NCBI GenBank assembly: GCA_963848135.1
Contig: CAWKCK010000002.1
Span: forward strand, 509,684-573,683
DNA length: 64,000 nt
Source of the DNA: an uncultured delta proteobacterium
GTDB lineage: Bacteria > Desulfobacterota > Desulfobacteria > Desulfobacterales > SG8-13
Direction: 5' to 3'
Position numbers and translations under genes: made by a program. Of the stretch, positions 24,651 to 36,500 are shown piece by piece (position 1 is the first letter of the stretch; each line of letters starts with the position of its first letter). Under the pieces are notes generated by a model that worked only from the letters and a program-made list of their open reading frames with translations, searched no databases and had not been told where the DNA came from.

Positions 24651-27596
24651 TCAGGCATGTCTACCGGCCGCCACTCGTTTGACCACCTCTGCGCCTTGTG
24701 CCATTACCGGCGGCATGATCGCCTTTGACAGGTGTTTTAACCGCTCGAGCATCTGCCCGGCCTGTTCCACCTGCGCCGATTTGGCGAAAATCTCGAGTTT
24801 TGCGGCCGGCTCCGTGAAATCATCGAAACCAACCGTACCGCCGGCGCCTTTCAACCAATGCGCGATTAGGGCCAATTCTTCCAGGTTTTTATTTTCCCAA
24901 GCCGTTTGCGCCCGCGCCATTTCTTCTTTGAGTTTATCGATAAACCGCAGAATAACTTTCTGGAAGCGCGGAATGGTCCCTAATCGCGAGATAACACGTT
25001 TTTCTGTTGCCGAATTTGACTGGGCTGTTTGACGGTCTGTGACCGGTAATATTTCTTGGGGCGGATCGCCAGCGGTGGTAGACGTCTCGGTTGGTTCAGC
25101 TCCGGGAATGACCAGTCGAGAAACCAGTCCGCGTAATTCGTCCATGGTTTGCTGGATTTCGGCCTCACTTCCGCCCTCCTTTGCCAGTCTCTCGAGCTTG
25201 CCGGCCGGCGCAGTGAATTCATCAAAACCGACGCTGCCGCCAATCCCCTTCAACTTGTGTGCAAAAACCGCGACATCCTCGAGTTTTCCTTGCACTCGCG
25301 CCTGTTCCACTTCCGTTAGTTGATCTTTTAAATGCGCGATAAATCGGACAATCAAATCGCGGAACTTCCCATTACAACCGGGCATTTTGGAATAGATGGG
25401 AGAACCAGCGGCAGATGGAGGCGCATTCATGTGGCTATCCGTTGGCCTATCGGTTGTCAGGGCTGCATCGGATCCCGTTTCTACCGCCACCTTCTGGCCC
25501 CCCAGAAGAGCCCCCATTTGCGCCATAAAACGATCGATATCGATGGGTTTGGAGCAATATCCCGAAAACCCAGCATCCAGGCACTCCTGCTCAAAACCTT
25601 TCATGGCATTGGCCGTTAACGCGATAATCTCCGTATTCAACCCTTGTTTGCGAAGCTGTTTGGTGGCGGTAAAGCCATCCATGACAGGCATGTTAACATC
25701 CATCAGAATGACGTCATAGTGTCCGGCAACAGCTTTTTCCACGCCGATTTGACCGTTTTCAGCCTCGTCTACCATCAGGCCAGCTTCTTGGAGCAGGAGA
25801 CTGAGCAGTTCCCGGTTTTCGGCGCCGTCATCCACGATCAGAACGCGGCCCTCGCTAAACTTCCAGTGCGTCTGTTCGTCCTCGCTGAGCACCTGCGCCT
25901 CTTCCTCCACGGCCTCCGGCTGTAAAAATTGCATCCCTTCCACATCGCCTGTCCCCAGGGTCACCCTGAAGGTACTCCCATTTCCCAATCGGCTTTCGAC
26001 CGTTAAGTCTCCGCCCAAAGCCTGTGCGAACCTGCGGCTGATGGAAAGTCCCAGACCCGTTCCCCCAAAACGACGCGTTACCGCAGAGTCGGCCTGGGTG
26101 AAAGGGTCAAAAACGGATTCTAATTTATCCTCGGGGATACCTATGCCGGTATCGGTAATTTCGACAAACAACAGGGGCCCGGATGCGGATTTTTCAAAAC
26201 GGCAGTTTACGGTGACATGGCCTTGCTCGGTAAATTTGATGGCGTTACCCACCAGGTTGAAGATGATCTGGCGAAACCGCGCCGGGTCGGTCAGGATTTG
26301 TCGCGGCAGTGCGCTTTGCGCCTTGAATTTGAGCGGAATCCCTTTTTCCTGAGCCTTAACACCCAGGACCTGGAAAACCTCGTGTATGATCCGGTGGGGT
26401 TCGGCCCAGACCGCCTCGATGTCCAACCGGCCGGACTCAACCTTGGACAAATCCAGAATATCGTTTATCAGCTCGAGCAGGTTTTTACCGCTGGAGTGAA
26501 TCGTATCGAGATACCTGTGGCTGTCATCCTTGTTTTTACCGTAACCGCGCTTAAGAATCTCTGTAAAGCCGAGGATCGAATTCATGGGTGTGCGAATTTC
26601 ATGGCTCATGTTTGCCAGAAAAGCACTTTTGGCCTGGTTGGCGGCTTCCGCCTGTTCCTTGGATTGGCGCAGCTCGATCTCTTTTTTCTCGAGTTGCGTG
26701 ATGTCATCAAAACTAACCAATACGCCGGCATATTTACCGCCGGCACCGAGCACCGGAGAGCAATTGATGCTGAATGTCAACCATCCCTTGTCGGCATGAC
26801 GGAGACGCAAAATCCGGTTTGTCTGTGCTTCGCCATTGCTGAGGGCCTGAACCCAAGGACGGGCTGACTTTTCGATTATATTCCCTTTAACGTCCATCCA
26901 CGGCAGATCGCCTGACCGGTAGCCGAGAAGATCTTCCGGTGCCCTGCCGAGCATGGCTGCAAATGACTTGTTGGCCAGTACAATCTGCTCCTTGTGATCC
27001 AGCACCAGCAGCCCGCCTGCCAACGTGTCGAGTGCGGAACGCACCCTTCCGGGAATGGCCTTGGACGGATCCAGCTGGCGTAGCACTTTACCGAGATAGA
27101 AGTAAAAGGCGATGAAGCAAAGTACTCCCATGAACAGCACAATCCGAAGAATCGGATTGTGGATCATCCCCTTGAGGCCACCCGCGTTGAGCGCTTTAAA
27201 ACGCAACTCCAGCTGTCCCCACTTGTGCTCACCAGACCATATGGGAACCAGCACTTGCGTATCCTTGGAATATTCACCGCCCATGTCCTGCCAGTGATCA
27301 GCATGATGCGCCGTGGCGACCAAAGCGCCGCCATCCTTCCGTCGCAGGGCCAGCGACAGCAGGTCGGGGTTTCTATTGGTCATCAGATTGAAATCGGTTT
27401 TCAAGCGCTGAACATCTGCTGACAGCACCGCCGACGTGCTGTGCACCGCAATGGCCTCAGCCAAAACAGTACGGCCATCCCGCACGGCGCTCTCTCTATC
27501 CGGAACAATGCCCAGCAAAAAGGCAAGCATGATAAGGCTGACAGTTAAGCCGACGAGCCCTATGACGACCCGGTCTTTGACGTTCAATCTTTTCAT
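24651..27596 (-). CDS. membrane hybrid sensor histidine kinase: TM-periplasmic-TM sensor, PAS, HisKA, HATPase, REC, Hpt, Hpt
   Basis: 981 aa. H-box SHEIRTPMNSILGF, G-boxes DTGIGI / GGTGLGLSI, REC VLIVDDGAENRE...ILMDVNMPVMDG, two Hpt motifs (HKLKGIGGSVG and HWLKGAGGTVG). The start ATG overlaps the giant-gene stop (ATGA). Confidence 0.9.
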   Translation of the reverse strand: MKRLNVKDRVVIGLVGLTVSLIMLAFLLGIVPDRESAVRDGRTVLAEAIAVHSTSAVLSADVQRLKTDFNLMTNRNPDLLSLALRRKDGGALVATAHHADHWQDMGGEYSKDTQVLVPIWSGEHKWGQLELRFKALNAGGLKGMIHNPILRIVLFMGVLCFIAFYFYLGKVLRQLDPSKAIPGRVRSALDTLAGGLLVLDHKEQIVLANKSFAAMLGRAPEDLLGYRSGDLPWMDVKGNIIEKSARPWVQALSNGEAQTNRILRLRHADKGWLTFSINCSPVLGAGGKYAGVLVSFDDITQLEKKEIELRQSKEQAEAANQAKSAFLANMSHEIRTPMNSILGFTEILKRGYGKNKDDSHRYLDTIHSSGKNLLELINDILDLSKVESGRLDIEAVWAEPHRIIHEVFQVLGVKAQEKGIPLKFKAQSALPRQILTDPARFRQIIFNLVGNAIKFTEQGHVTVNCRFEKSASGPLLFVEITDTGIGIPEDKLESVFDPFTQADSAVTRRFGGTGLGLSISRRFAQALGGDLTVESRLGNGSTFRVTLGTGDVEGMQFLQPEAVEEEAQVLSEDEQTHWKFSEGRVLIVDDGAENRELLSLLLQEAGLMVDEAENGQIGVEKAVAGHYDVILMDVNMPVMDGFTATKQLRKQGLNTEIIALTANAMKGFEQECLDAGFSGYCSKPIDIDRFMAQMGALLGGQKVAVETGSDAALTTDRPTDSHMNAPPSAAGSPIYSKMPGCNGKFRDLIVRFIAHLKDQLTEVEQARVQGKLEDVAVFAHKLKGIGGSVGFDEFTAPAGKLERLAKEGGSEAEIQQTMDELRGLVSRLVIPGAEPTETSTTAGDPPQEILPVTDRQTAQSNSATEKRVISRLGTIPRFQKVILRFIDKLKEEMARAQTAWENKNLEELALIAHWLKGAGGTVGFDDFTEPAAKLEIFAKSAQVEQAGQMLERLKHLSKAIMPPVMAQGAEVVKRVAAGRHA

Positions 27597-30500
27597 ACCC
27601 TATCTTTCTCCTGATCGGTAACTGATGATTCTTCTGCCGATTTCTTTTTCGGTTCAGTTTTTCGTGGCGCCTGGTCCAATATGGTTTCCAGGGATTCATC
27701 ATCGTCGGGGTGGTCGCCATCTCTTTTTCTTGCCAGTACCGGCAGCGGATCCAAGATCTGCCAAGCCGGAATAGAGGACAGCAGCGTACTCAGCAACATA
27801 CCGCCCCGAATAAGCCAGACAACATAACCCACGGAAAGACCAACCGAGGATACAATCGCAGATCCGAGATACACTTTGTTTATCTGATTGTCATTGGCGA
27901 TCTCTTCTTTGATATCATCCAGAGAATTAACCATATTGTGATAGGCGCGCGCCGTCATCGTATTATTAAAGCTGATCTGTCGTGCCGCCCGATAGAGGCC
28001 GGGGTCTGCAGCTGTATCTTTCTGAGGCCCCCCCGCCCGGTTAGATAACCGCGCCGCATTGTCATTGACGTCTGCAACCGCCGCTCGATTCTGAGTAAAG
28101 CTGCGGAAGACGTTAATCAGGAACGGTGTCCGCGCAGGCGATGATCCGCGTTGTCGCGGGGCGCTTTCTTCGGAAGGACCCGGGTTCACCGGTGGTGCTT
28201 CCACGGCTTCCGAGATATTTTCCACTGTAGCCTCGTCCGGCTCTACGGCGGGCTCGCTGACCTCAGAATCAGTCGCTGTCTCCGGTTCTGCCGGGTCACT
28301 ACTGTCTGTAGGAAGGGAACTTTCCGTCGGGAGCGTTGGCGGTGGTACCACGGTGATCACGGAGACGACCGCGCCGCTTTGCTGGGCGACGGAAATGCCG
28401 TCTTCGGAGGATTCTACCGTAAAGCTGCCATTAATGATGGACGTGCCTGTCGGGGTGAAACGGACACCCACCTGACCCTGGGCAAAGGAGATATAGTCGC
28501 CGTTGTGGATCGGGGTGACACCGTCTGACAGATACAGGGTGCCGTTCGTGATGTTGGAAATCCGGAAGTAAGTCACCTCGGCGCCATCGTCGGGATTGCG
28601 GTCAATGACGATCAGGCCCGACTGAACCGTTGCCGGGGTTATAATTCCACTCACCTGCGGGGTGTCACCCACCGGGGTTGCCGTAATGATCTTTATCCCC
28701 GAAATGGGGGCAGCCACGCCATCGTCCACGCTAGCATCGATTGTAAAGCTGTTGTCATAGTTTATCGATGGCGTGAAAACCACTCCTGCCAACAGGGCAT
28801 TCACATCGGCAATGGGTCCGCTGGCCGTCCAAGTGCCTCCGGAAAAGTTTGCGGTCACCCCCCCTGAGGTACCGGTGCTCAGGCTGCCGGCTGCCGGATC
28901 GGAAAGAGTCAGGGTTACGGTGACATTGGCGCTGTCTATATCAGCGATGACGATGTCTGAAAGATCGAGGGGAATGTCTTCGGTATAGGTCTCTGCCGCA
29001 TTCAAGTTGGCGGCGGTCGGGGCAACATTGAGATGCGCCACCGGCGCCGTGCCCGCGCTGGTCAGGCTTTCAAGAGTTCCCCTATCATCAGTATAATTAG
29101 CGGTTACAGAGATCACTTTACCTTCATCAACCAGTACTGTGGTATAGGTGCTCGAGGTGGCTCCACTGATAATTACTCCATCATGAAACCACTGGTAAGT
29201 GATCGCACCAGTCGCCCCGTCAGGATCGTTCACGATCGCTGTCAATGTATCACCCACGGTAGGCGTTAAATTGTCGATAGCAACAGTCCCCACATCGTTG
29301 GTGTTAGCCACCGTGATATCAAACTGCTCCTCCACCCAGGCGTTGCTCGCATCGGTCGCCCGCACCGTAATCGTCACCGTGCCCACATCGGCGTTTGCCG
29401 GCATGCCGCTAAAGGTTCGCGTGCCTGCGGTAAACGCGAGCCAACTTGGCAGACCCAAGGCCGTATACGTTAAGCTGTCGCCCGCATCCACATCATTGAA
29501 GGTGTTGGCCGCAAACTGGAAACTAAATGGCGTATCCTCTGTGGCGCTTTGATCGGGGATCACATTGGCCACCGCCGGCGCATCGTTCACCGGCGTGATA
29601 TCCAAAGTCGCGCTGCCGGCCACCGTGTCGGTCCCGTCGGTAATCGTGTAGGTAAAGCTCACTGAGGTGTCGTCATCGGCCGCCGGTGTGTAGTCCCAGG
29701 TACCGTTGCCGTTATCCACCAAGGCACCGTTTCCGACACTGATCGCAAGACCGGTCGCTGTCAGACTGTCACCCTCGATATCATTGGCATTGACTAAAAG
29801 ATCGGCCTGGGTGATCAACCGCGCGCCGCTGTCTTCTCCGATCGCTGCCAGAATTACCGGGCTGGTCGTGGGCGCATCGTTCACCGGCGTGATATCCAAA
29901 GTCGCGCTGCCGGCCACCGTGTCGGTCGCGTCGGTAATCGTGTAGGTAAAGCTCACTGAGGTGTCGTCATCGGCCGCCGGTGTGTAGTCCCAGGTACCGT
30001 TGCCGTTATCCACCAAGGCACCGTTTCCGACACTGATCGCAAGACCGGTCGCTGTCAGACTGTCACCCTCGATATCATTGGCATTGACTAAAAGATCGGC
30101 CTGGGTGATCAACCGCGCGCCGCTGTCCTCACCGATCGCTGCCAGAGTTACCGGGCTGGTCGTGGGCGCATCGTTCACCGGCGTGATATCCAAAGTCGCG
30201 CTGCCGGCCACCGTGTCGGTCCCGTCGGTAATCGTGTAGGTAAAGCTCACTGAGGTGTCGTCATCGGCCGCCGGTGTGTAGTCCCAGGTACCGTTGCCGT
30301 TATCCACCAAGGCACCGTTTCCGACACTGATCGCAAGACCGGTCGCTGTCAGACTGTCACCCTCGATATCATTGGCATTGACTAAAAGATCGGCCTGGGT
30401 GATCAACCGCGCGCCGCTGTCTTCTCCGATCGCTGCCAGAATTACCGGGCTGGTCGTGGGCGCATCGTTCACCGGCGTGATATCCAAAGTCGCGCTGCCG

Positions 30501-33500
30501 GCCACCGTGTCGGTCCCGTCGGTAATCGTGTAGGTAAAGCTCACTGAGGTGTCGTCATCGGCCGCCGGTGTGTAGTCCCAGGTACCGTTGCCGTTATCCA
30601 CCAAGGCACCGTTTCCGACACTGATCGCAAGACCGGTCGCTGTCAGACTGTCACCCTCGATATCATTGGCATTGACTAAAAGATCGGCCTGGGTGATCAA
30701 CCGCGCGCCGCTGTCCTCACCGATCGCTGCCAGAGTTACCGGGCTGGTCGTGGGCGCATCGTTCACCGGCGTGATATCCAAAGTCGCGCTGCCGGCCACC
30801 GTGTCGGTCCCGTCGGTAATCGTGTAGGTAAAGCTCACTGAGGTGTCGTCATCGGCCGCCGGTGTGTAGTCCCAGGTACCGTTGCCGTTATCCACCAAGG
30901 CACCGTTTCCGACACTGATCGCAAGACCGGTCGCTGTCAGACTGTCACCCTCGATATCATTGGCATTGACTAAAAGATCGGCCTGGGTGATCAACCGCGC
31001 GCCGCTGTCTTCTCCGATCGCTGCCAGAATTACCGGGCTGGTCGTGGGCGCATCGTTCACCGGCGTGATATCCAAAGTCGCGCTGCCGGCCACCGTGTCG
31101 GTCCCGTCGGTAATCGTGTAGGTAAAGCTCACTGAGGTGTCGTCATCGGCCGCCGGTGTGTAGTCCCAGGTACCGTTGCCGTTATCCACCAAGGCACCGT
31201 TTCCGACACTGATCGCAAGACCGGTCGCTGTCAGACTGTCACCCTCGATATCATTGGCATTGACTAAAAGATCGGCCTGGGTGATCAACCGCGCGCCGCT
31301 GTCTTCACCGATCGCTGCCAGAGTTACCGGGCTGGTCGTGGGCGCATCGTTCACCGGCGTGATATCCAAAGTCGCGCTGCCGGCCACCGTGTCGGTCCCG
31401 TCGGTAATCGTGTAGGTAAAGCTCACTGAGGTGTCGTCATCGGCCGCCGGTGTGTAGTCCCAGGTACCGTTGCCGTTATCCACCAAGGCACCGTTTCCGA
31501 CACTGATCGCAAGACCGGTCGCTGTCAGACTGTCACCCTCGATATCATTGGCATTGACTAAAAGATCGGCCTGGGTGATCAACCGCGCGCCGCTGTCTTC
31601 ACCGATCGCTGCCAGAGTTACCGGGCTGGTCGTGGGCGCATCGTTCACCGGCGTGATATCCAAAGTCGCGCTGCCGGCCACCGTGTCGGTCCCGTCGGTA
31701 ATCGTGTAGGTAAAGCTCACTGAGGTGTCGTCATCGGCCGCCGGTGTGTAGTCCCAGGTACCGTTGCCGTTATCCACCAAGGCACCGTTTCCGACACTGA
31801 TCGCAAGACCGGTCGCTGTCAGACTGTCACCCTCGATATCATTGGCATTGACTAAAAGATCGGCCTGGGTGATCAACCGCGCGCCGCTGTCCTCTCCGAT
31901 CGCTGCCAGAGTTACCGGGCTGGTCGTGGGCGCATCGTTCACCGGCGTGATATCCAAAGTCGCGCTGCCGGCCACCGTGTCGGTCCCGTCGGTAATCGTG
32001 TAGGTAAAGCTCACTGAGGTGTCGTCATCGGCCGCCGGTGTGTAGTCCCAGGTACCGTTGCCGTTATCCACCAAGGCACCGTTTCCGACACTGATCGCAA
32101 GACCGGTCGCTGTCAGACTGTCACCCTCGATATCATTGGCATTGACTAAAAGATCGGCCTGGGTGATCAGCCGCGCGCCGCTGTCCTCACCGATCGCTGC
32201 CAGAGTTACCGGGCTGGTCGTGGGCGCATCGTTCACCGGCGTGATATCCAAAGTCGCGCTGCCGGCCACCGTGTCGGTCCCGTCGGTAATCGTGTAGGTA
32301 AAGCTCACTGAGGTGTCGTCATCGGCCGCCGGTGTGTAGTCCCAGGTACCGTTGCCGTTATCCACCAAGGCACCGTTTCCGACACTGATCGCAAGACCGG
32401 TCGCTGTCAGACTGTCACCCTCGATATCATTGGCATTGACTAAAAGATCGGCCTGGGTGATCAACCGCGCGCCGCTGTCCTCACCGATCGCTGCCAGAGT
32501 TACCGGGCTGGTCGTGGGCGCATCGTTCACCGGCGTGATATCCAAAGTCGCGCTGCCGGCCACCGTGTCGGTCCCGTCGGTAATCGTGTAGGTAAAGCTC
32601 ACTGAGGTGTCGTCATCGGCCGCCGGTGTGTAGTCCCAGGTACCGTTGCCGTTATCCACCAAGGCACCGTTTCCGACACTGATCGCAAGACCGGTCGCTG
32701 TCAGACTGTCACCCTCGATATCATTGGCATTGACTAAAAGATCGGCCTGGGTGATCAACCGCGCGCCGCTGTCCTCACCGATCGCTGCCAGAGTTACCGG
32801 GCTGGTCGTGGGCGCATCGTTCACCGAGTTCACTGTAAGGGTGACGTTTGCTGATCCATTTGAATAGGCTGTGGTTCCGCCACCGGGTGTCGAATCGCCT
32901 AATCTTTGCGTCCCATTTATGGATGCCAGATCCGTGGTTTGATCCCAGGCGCGAAAATCAAATCCGGCTGTTTCACCATTGATCCCATCTGGTACGTACC
33001 TCAACCATGTTGATTCAGACAGGAGTAGTGCAGCATTTGAACCGACAGGACCAAAATCGGTCCACCCGCTGGACCCATTTGTGGAGTATTCCCACGTACC
33101 AGAACCCGTTTTGGCGAATACCGCTATACCCAGAGTGTCTCCGTCATTATCATTTATTGTGATTGACGCATCACCGAGCATACCACTTACCTGAACCGCC
33201 GCACTGGTAGTGTCTTCATCTGTGCTCGGCATGCTGTATGTACCGCTTACCGTCGGTGCCGTATTTGCAACTGGTGATGAATAACTGATCACCAGTTGCG
33301 GGGGTGTGGTCCCCTCTCGACTGTCGTAAGTGAAGATGACTTGACCAAAGTCGTCACTGGCCAGCATGAGCCCGTTGTTGGTTTTGGCACCATCGTTCCA
33401 GGCTTGCACTAGGGCAGTAATATCCCAGGCATGCGGCCCGATCGAGCTTGTAGTGAGCGTGTCAACAGCGGTGGAATCGATTGCTCCGCCCGGTGTGCTC

Positions 33501-36500
33501 CACGGTGTGTCTAAGGGTATACCCGGCAACCGGTTGTTCCAGTTGGCTGCGGTGGTGCCGCCGGTGCCTTCGTCCCAGGCTTGGGTGACTTCATAGACGT
33601 GGATGTCAGTTGAGCCGATATCGGCCTTGCTCACCGCTTGGAGCTGCAAGGTGGCATTAGTAATAACGGCACCCGCGGGAATAGCGCTGAGATCAAACTG
33701 AAGTAAGACATGCCCTTCTCCCAATCCGCCACCGGATTCGTCCATGACCAGACTAGTGGATGTGCCGTAATTATTCGCGGGGTTGTTTTCGTCAATGTAC
33801 GTATCTTTGATCGCACCCACTATGGTTGTCACTGACAGTGCCGGACCGAACTCTGAAGTACTACCAAAATTATTGCCACCAAGATCCTCGGTTGCCGTTG
33901 CCGTTACCGTGGTGGCATTGGTCATGGTGGCACCGGAGATGGTTTCGTTGAATGTCTGCGTGCCCGTCCCGCTGCTGGTTACCGTAACGGCGCCAAGAAA
34001 AACTTCACCGCCACCATAGCCATTGGCGTTGATCCCATTGGGATTGTCAAAGAACTCGATTCGATAATCTCCGGCGGGGACGTCAAGATCAAATTGAACA
34101 TCCAGGTCCGCGCCGTTCTGGGTGACCAAACTGAGAACCGGGTGGTTCAGCAAGTCGTTGGGGCCGCTGTCACCGTCGCCAGCATCGTTGGCGGTGATCT
34201 GGTCATTGTCAAGGTCGATGGCCATCTCGTTGACGGAAAAAATCTCGTTGCCAAGGATCACGTTGTCGAGCGCAGCGACACCGAGGTCATCGACGACAAC
34301 CCCGTTGTTGTGTCCGGCGATGCGGTTGCCTTCACCCACGTTAACCCCACCAACCCGGTTGTTGTCCGGCCCGTCCCAGATGACGACGCCATGATCGCCG
34401 GCGGTAACCACATCGCCGTTTTGGTCGAGGCCGATCCAGTTGCCGATGATCTGGTTATCGTCCGTGCCGACTTCACGAATAGCTACGCCAGCGTAGATGT
34501 TGCCACTGAGGAGGTTGCGATCCGCCGCGTCGGTTCCGCCGATGGTGTTGAAATCGGCCCCGTCACGCAGCTTCACCCCGACATCGTTGCCGGCCACGGT
34601 GGTGCCGTTGGTCGCAAGACCCAGGTAGTTGCCAATGATGGTGTTGTAATCGGAGCGGATCTCAATGGCATCGCCGCCGGAGAACCCGGTGACGGAAAGC
34701 CCGCGGATCGTCGAACCCTTACTGCCATGCTCGAGTCGGAGAGCATCCTCGTTCGTCAGCGCCGAACCATCGATCCGGACAACCGGCGCACTGCCATAGT
34801 CCGGCTCGCTGGTACCGTCGATGACCAGGGTGCCGGTGATGTTGGGCAGTGCGGCGCTGAGGTTGATCGTGTGCGGTCCGAATCCGGTAATGTCGAAGTA
34901 GATATTGTTGAGACCGTCGGTATTGTTAGCAGCGATGATCGCTTCGCGCAGCGAGATCTTTCCATCGGTGCCCGGGTTGCCGATCAAGGCAGCAACGGAC
35001 GATGTATTGCCATCAGCGACATCGTCAGACGTCGTGACCGTCAAGGTGCTGCTTGGTGTTGCTGATGGGTTGCTGCCGGACACGACCGTTAACGCATCAA
35101 TGTCTTCATCGTCTTCGAGTGGATTCAGATTTAGCGACGATCCATCCATCAACAAGGCCGCATCCGCCACCGCTGTTCCGTTCACCAAATTCGTCTTTAC
35201 GATCTGCAAATGGAAGATGTCTTGCTGCTCAGCCGTGATGCCACTTGTTCCGATGCCACCGTCCCCGACATCTACCGACACCAGCAATTCACCGGCCGAA
35301 AGTGTCTCGTCACCTAAAGTTGTGTTCGTTTCGAGCAGTTCCAGACCATCGATAGCCGCCGTGATACCAACATCGTTTCCGGCGACCAAGAGTTCACGTG
35401 TGCCGTCCGAGGTGCGGTAGAGATAAACATCGCTCGGATGGTCTTCATCAACCAACAGGAAGTCACCGGCTTTCAGCGTCGTGTCGCCGAAAGCCATGTT
35501 CTGCTCGATCAGCGTGAGGGCTTTCAGGTCATCTCCCGCTCCTCCTCCACCCACCACGCCGGGCACCACAACCGTGAAGGTCCCGCTGCTGTAATCACCA
35601 GCCATATCAGGTCGAAAACGAATAATGTCGTCTCGCGCTACGTTCCCCAACTGCGCGCTGCTTTCTGCACCATTCGTCGAGAACAGCAGGTCGCCTGCTT
35701 GCAGGTTAACGGCGGGTATCGTGTCGAGTGTGATGTCGCGTGTCACAAAGTGCAGGGCATCGATGTCCAGGTCGGTGCCAGCAAGTGCTTCCAGGTTCAA
35801 AGCGGACGAAAATGTGCCGTTGGTCGTCCCAGGATCAAACTGCAGATTCGGATCCGCCAACTCGATTACTTCCCCGTTTTCCCACGAGTTCAATCCCGGT
35901 GCGCCACTGGATATGACATTGCCAGTTGTGGACAGCCAAAGAGCAGACTGAGCCATTTCGTATGCACCCACGTCGGGCAAAATACCACGGCTCACATCGC
36001 GCTGGTCAACCGATGGAGCTTCAACGTTAGTGCCGGCATCAATTGCCGGGCTACCCGCTAAAAGGGCGTGGGTTTTTGTTTGCCCACCATTATAATCCAA
36101 TCCACCAAGCATTGGATCAGTCATGATCTGGTCGCCAAGGAACGTGTCCAACCCAGCGGTATTCTGGCTATCGATGTTGTTGCCGAGCGTTATCAGGGCA
36201 CCGTTTGTGTTTCCACCAGTATTGTTTGAAAGAATCGAATTTTTAAGTCTGATGTTGCCAGATCCTGATTTGAAAATACCGCCACCAGAGCCTGCAATAT
36301 TATCTGCAATCGTAGAATTCGTGATATCAATCGTGTTTCTTGTAAAAATCGCGCCGCCATTGCTGGCTGCTGTATTTCCACTGAGTGTCGAATTGACGAT
36401 TGTTCCCGTTACGCCATTGTTTATATAAATCCCTCCCCCGACGTCAGCACTGTTCCCCTCAATCGTTACGCCTTCAAAGTCAATGACTCCAGAAATAAAT

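Noticed and set aside
26217-26867. 216-aa + strand ORF
   Set aside because: It is antisense to the HisKA/HATPase region of the hybrid kinase.
29578-32825. Possible CRISPR array because of the regular repeats
   Set aside because: The units are 294 bp, contiguous without spacers, and in frame within a coding sequence. No cas genes are present.
29706-32867. Eleven nearly identical 79-aa (and one 73-aa) ORFs on the + strand spaced every 294 bp
   Set aside because: They are antisense shadows of the in-frame tandem repeat in giant gene 1. Identical spacing and sequence simply mirror the repeat, they have no independent start context, and they lie fully inside a 10-kb uninterrupted minus-strand ORF.
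34094-35065. 323-aa + strand ORF, plus other long antisense ORFs (35438..36061, 36965..37618, 48918..49517, 50601..51302, 55104..55685)
   Set aside because: All lie inside the giant minus-strand ORFs. Their translations are low-complexity (V/D/G/R-rich) with no recognisable motifs, as expected for the antisense frame of GC-rich repetitive coding DNA.
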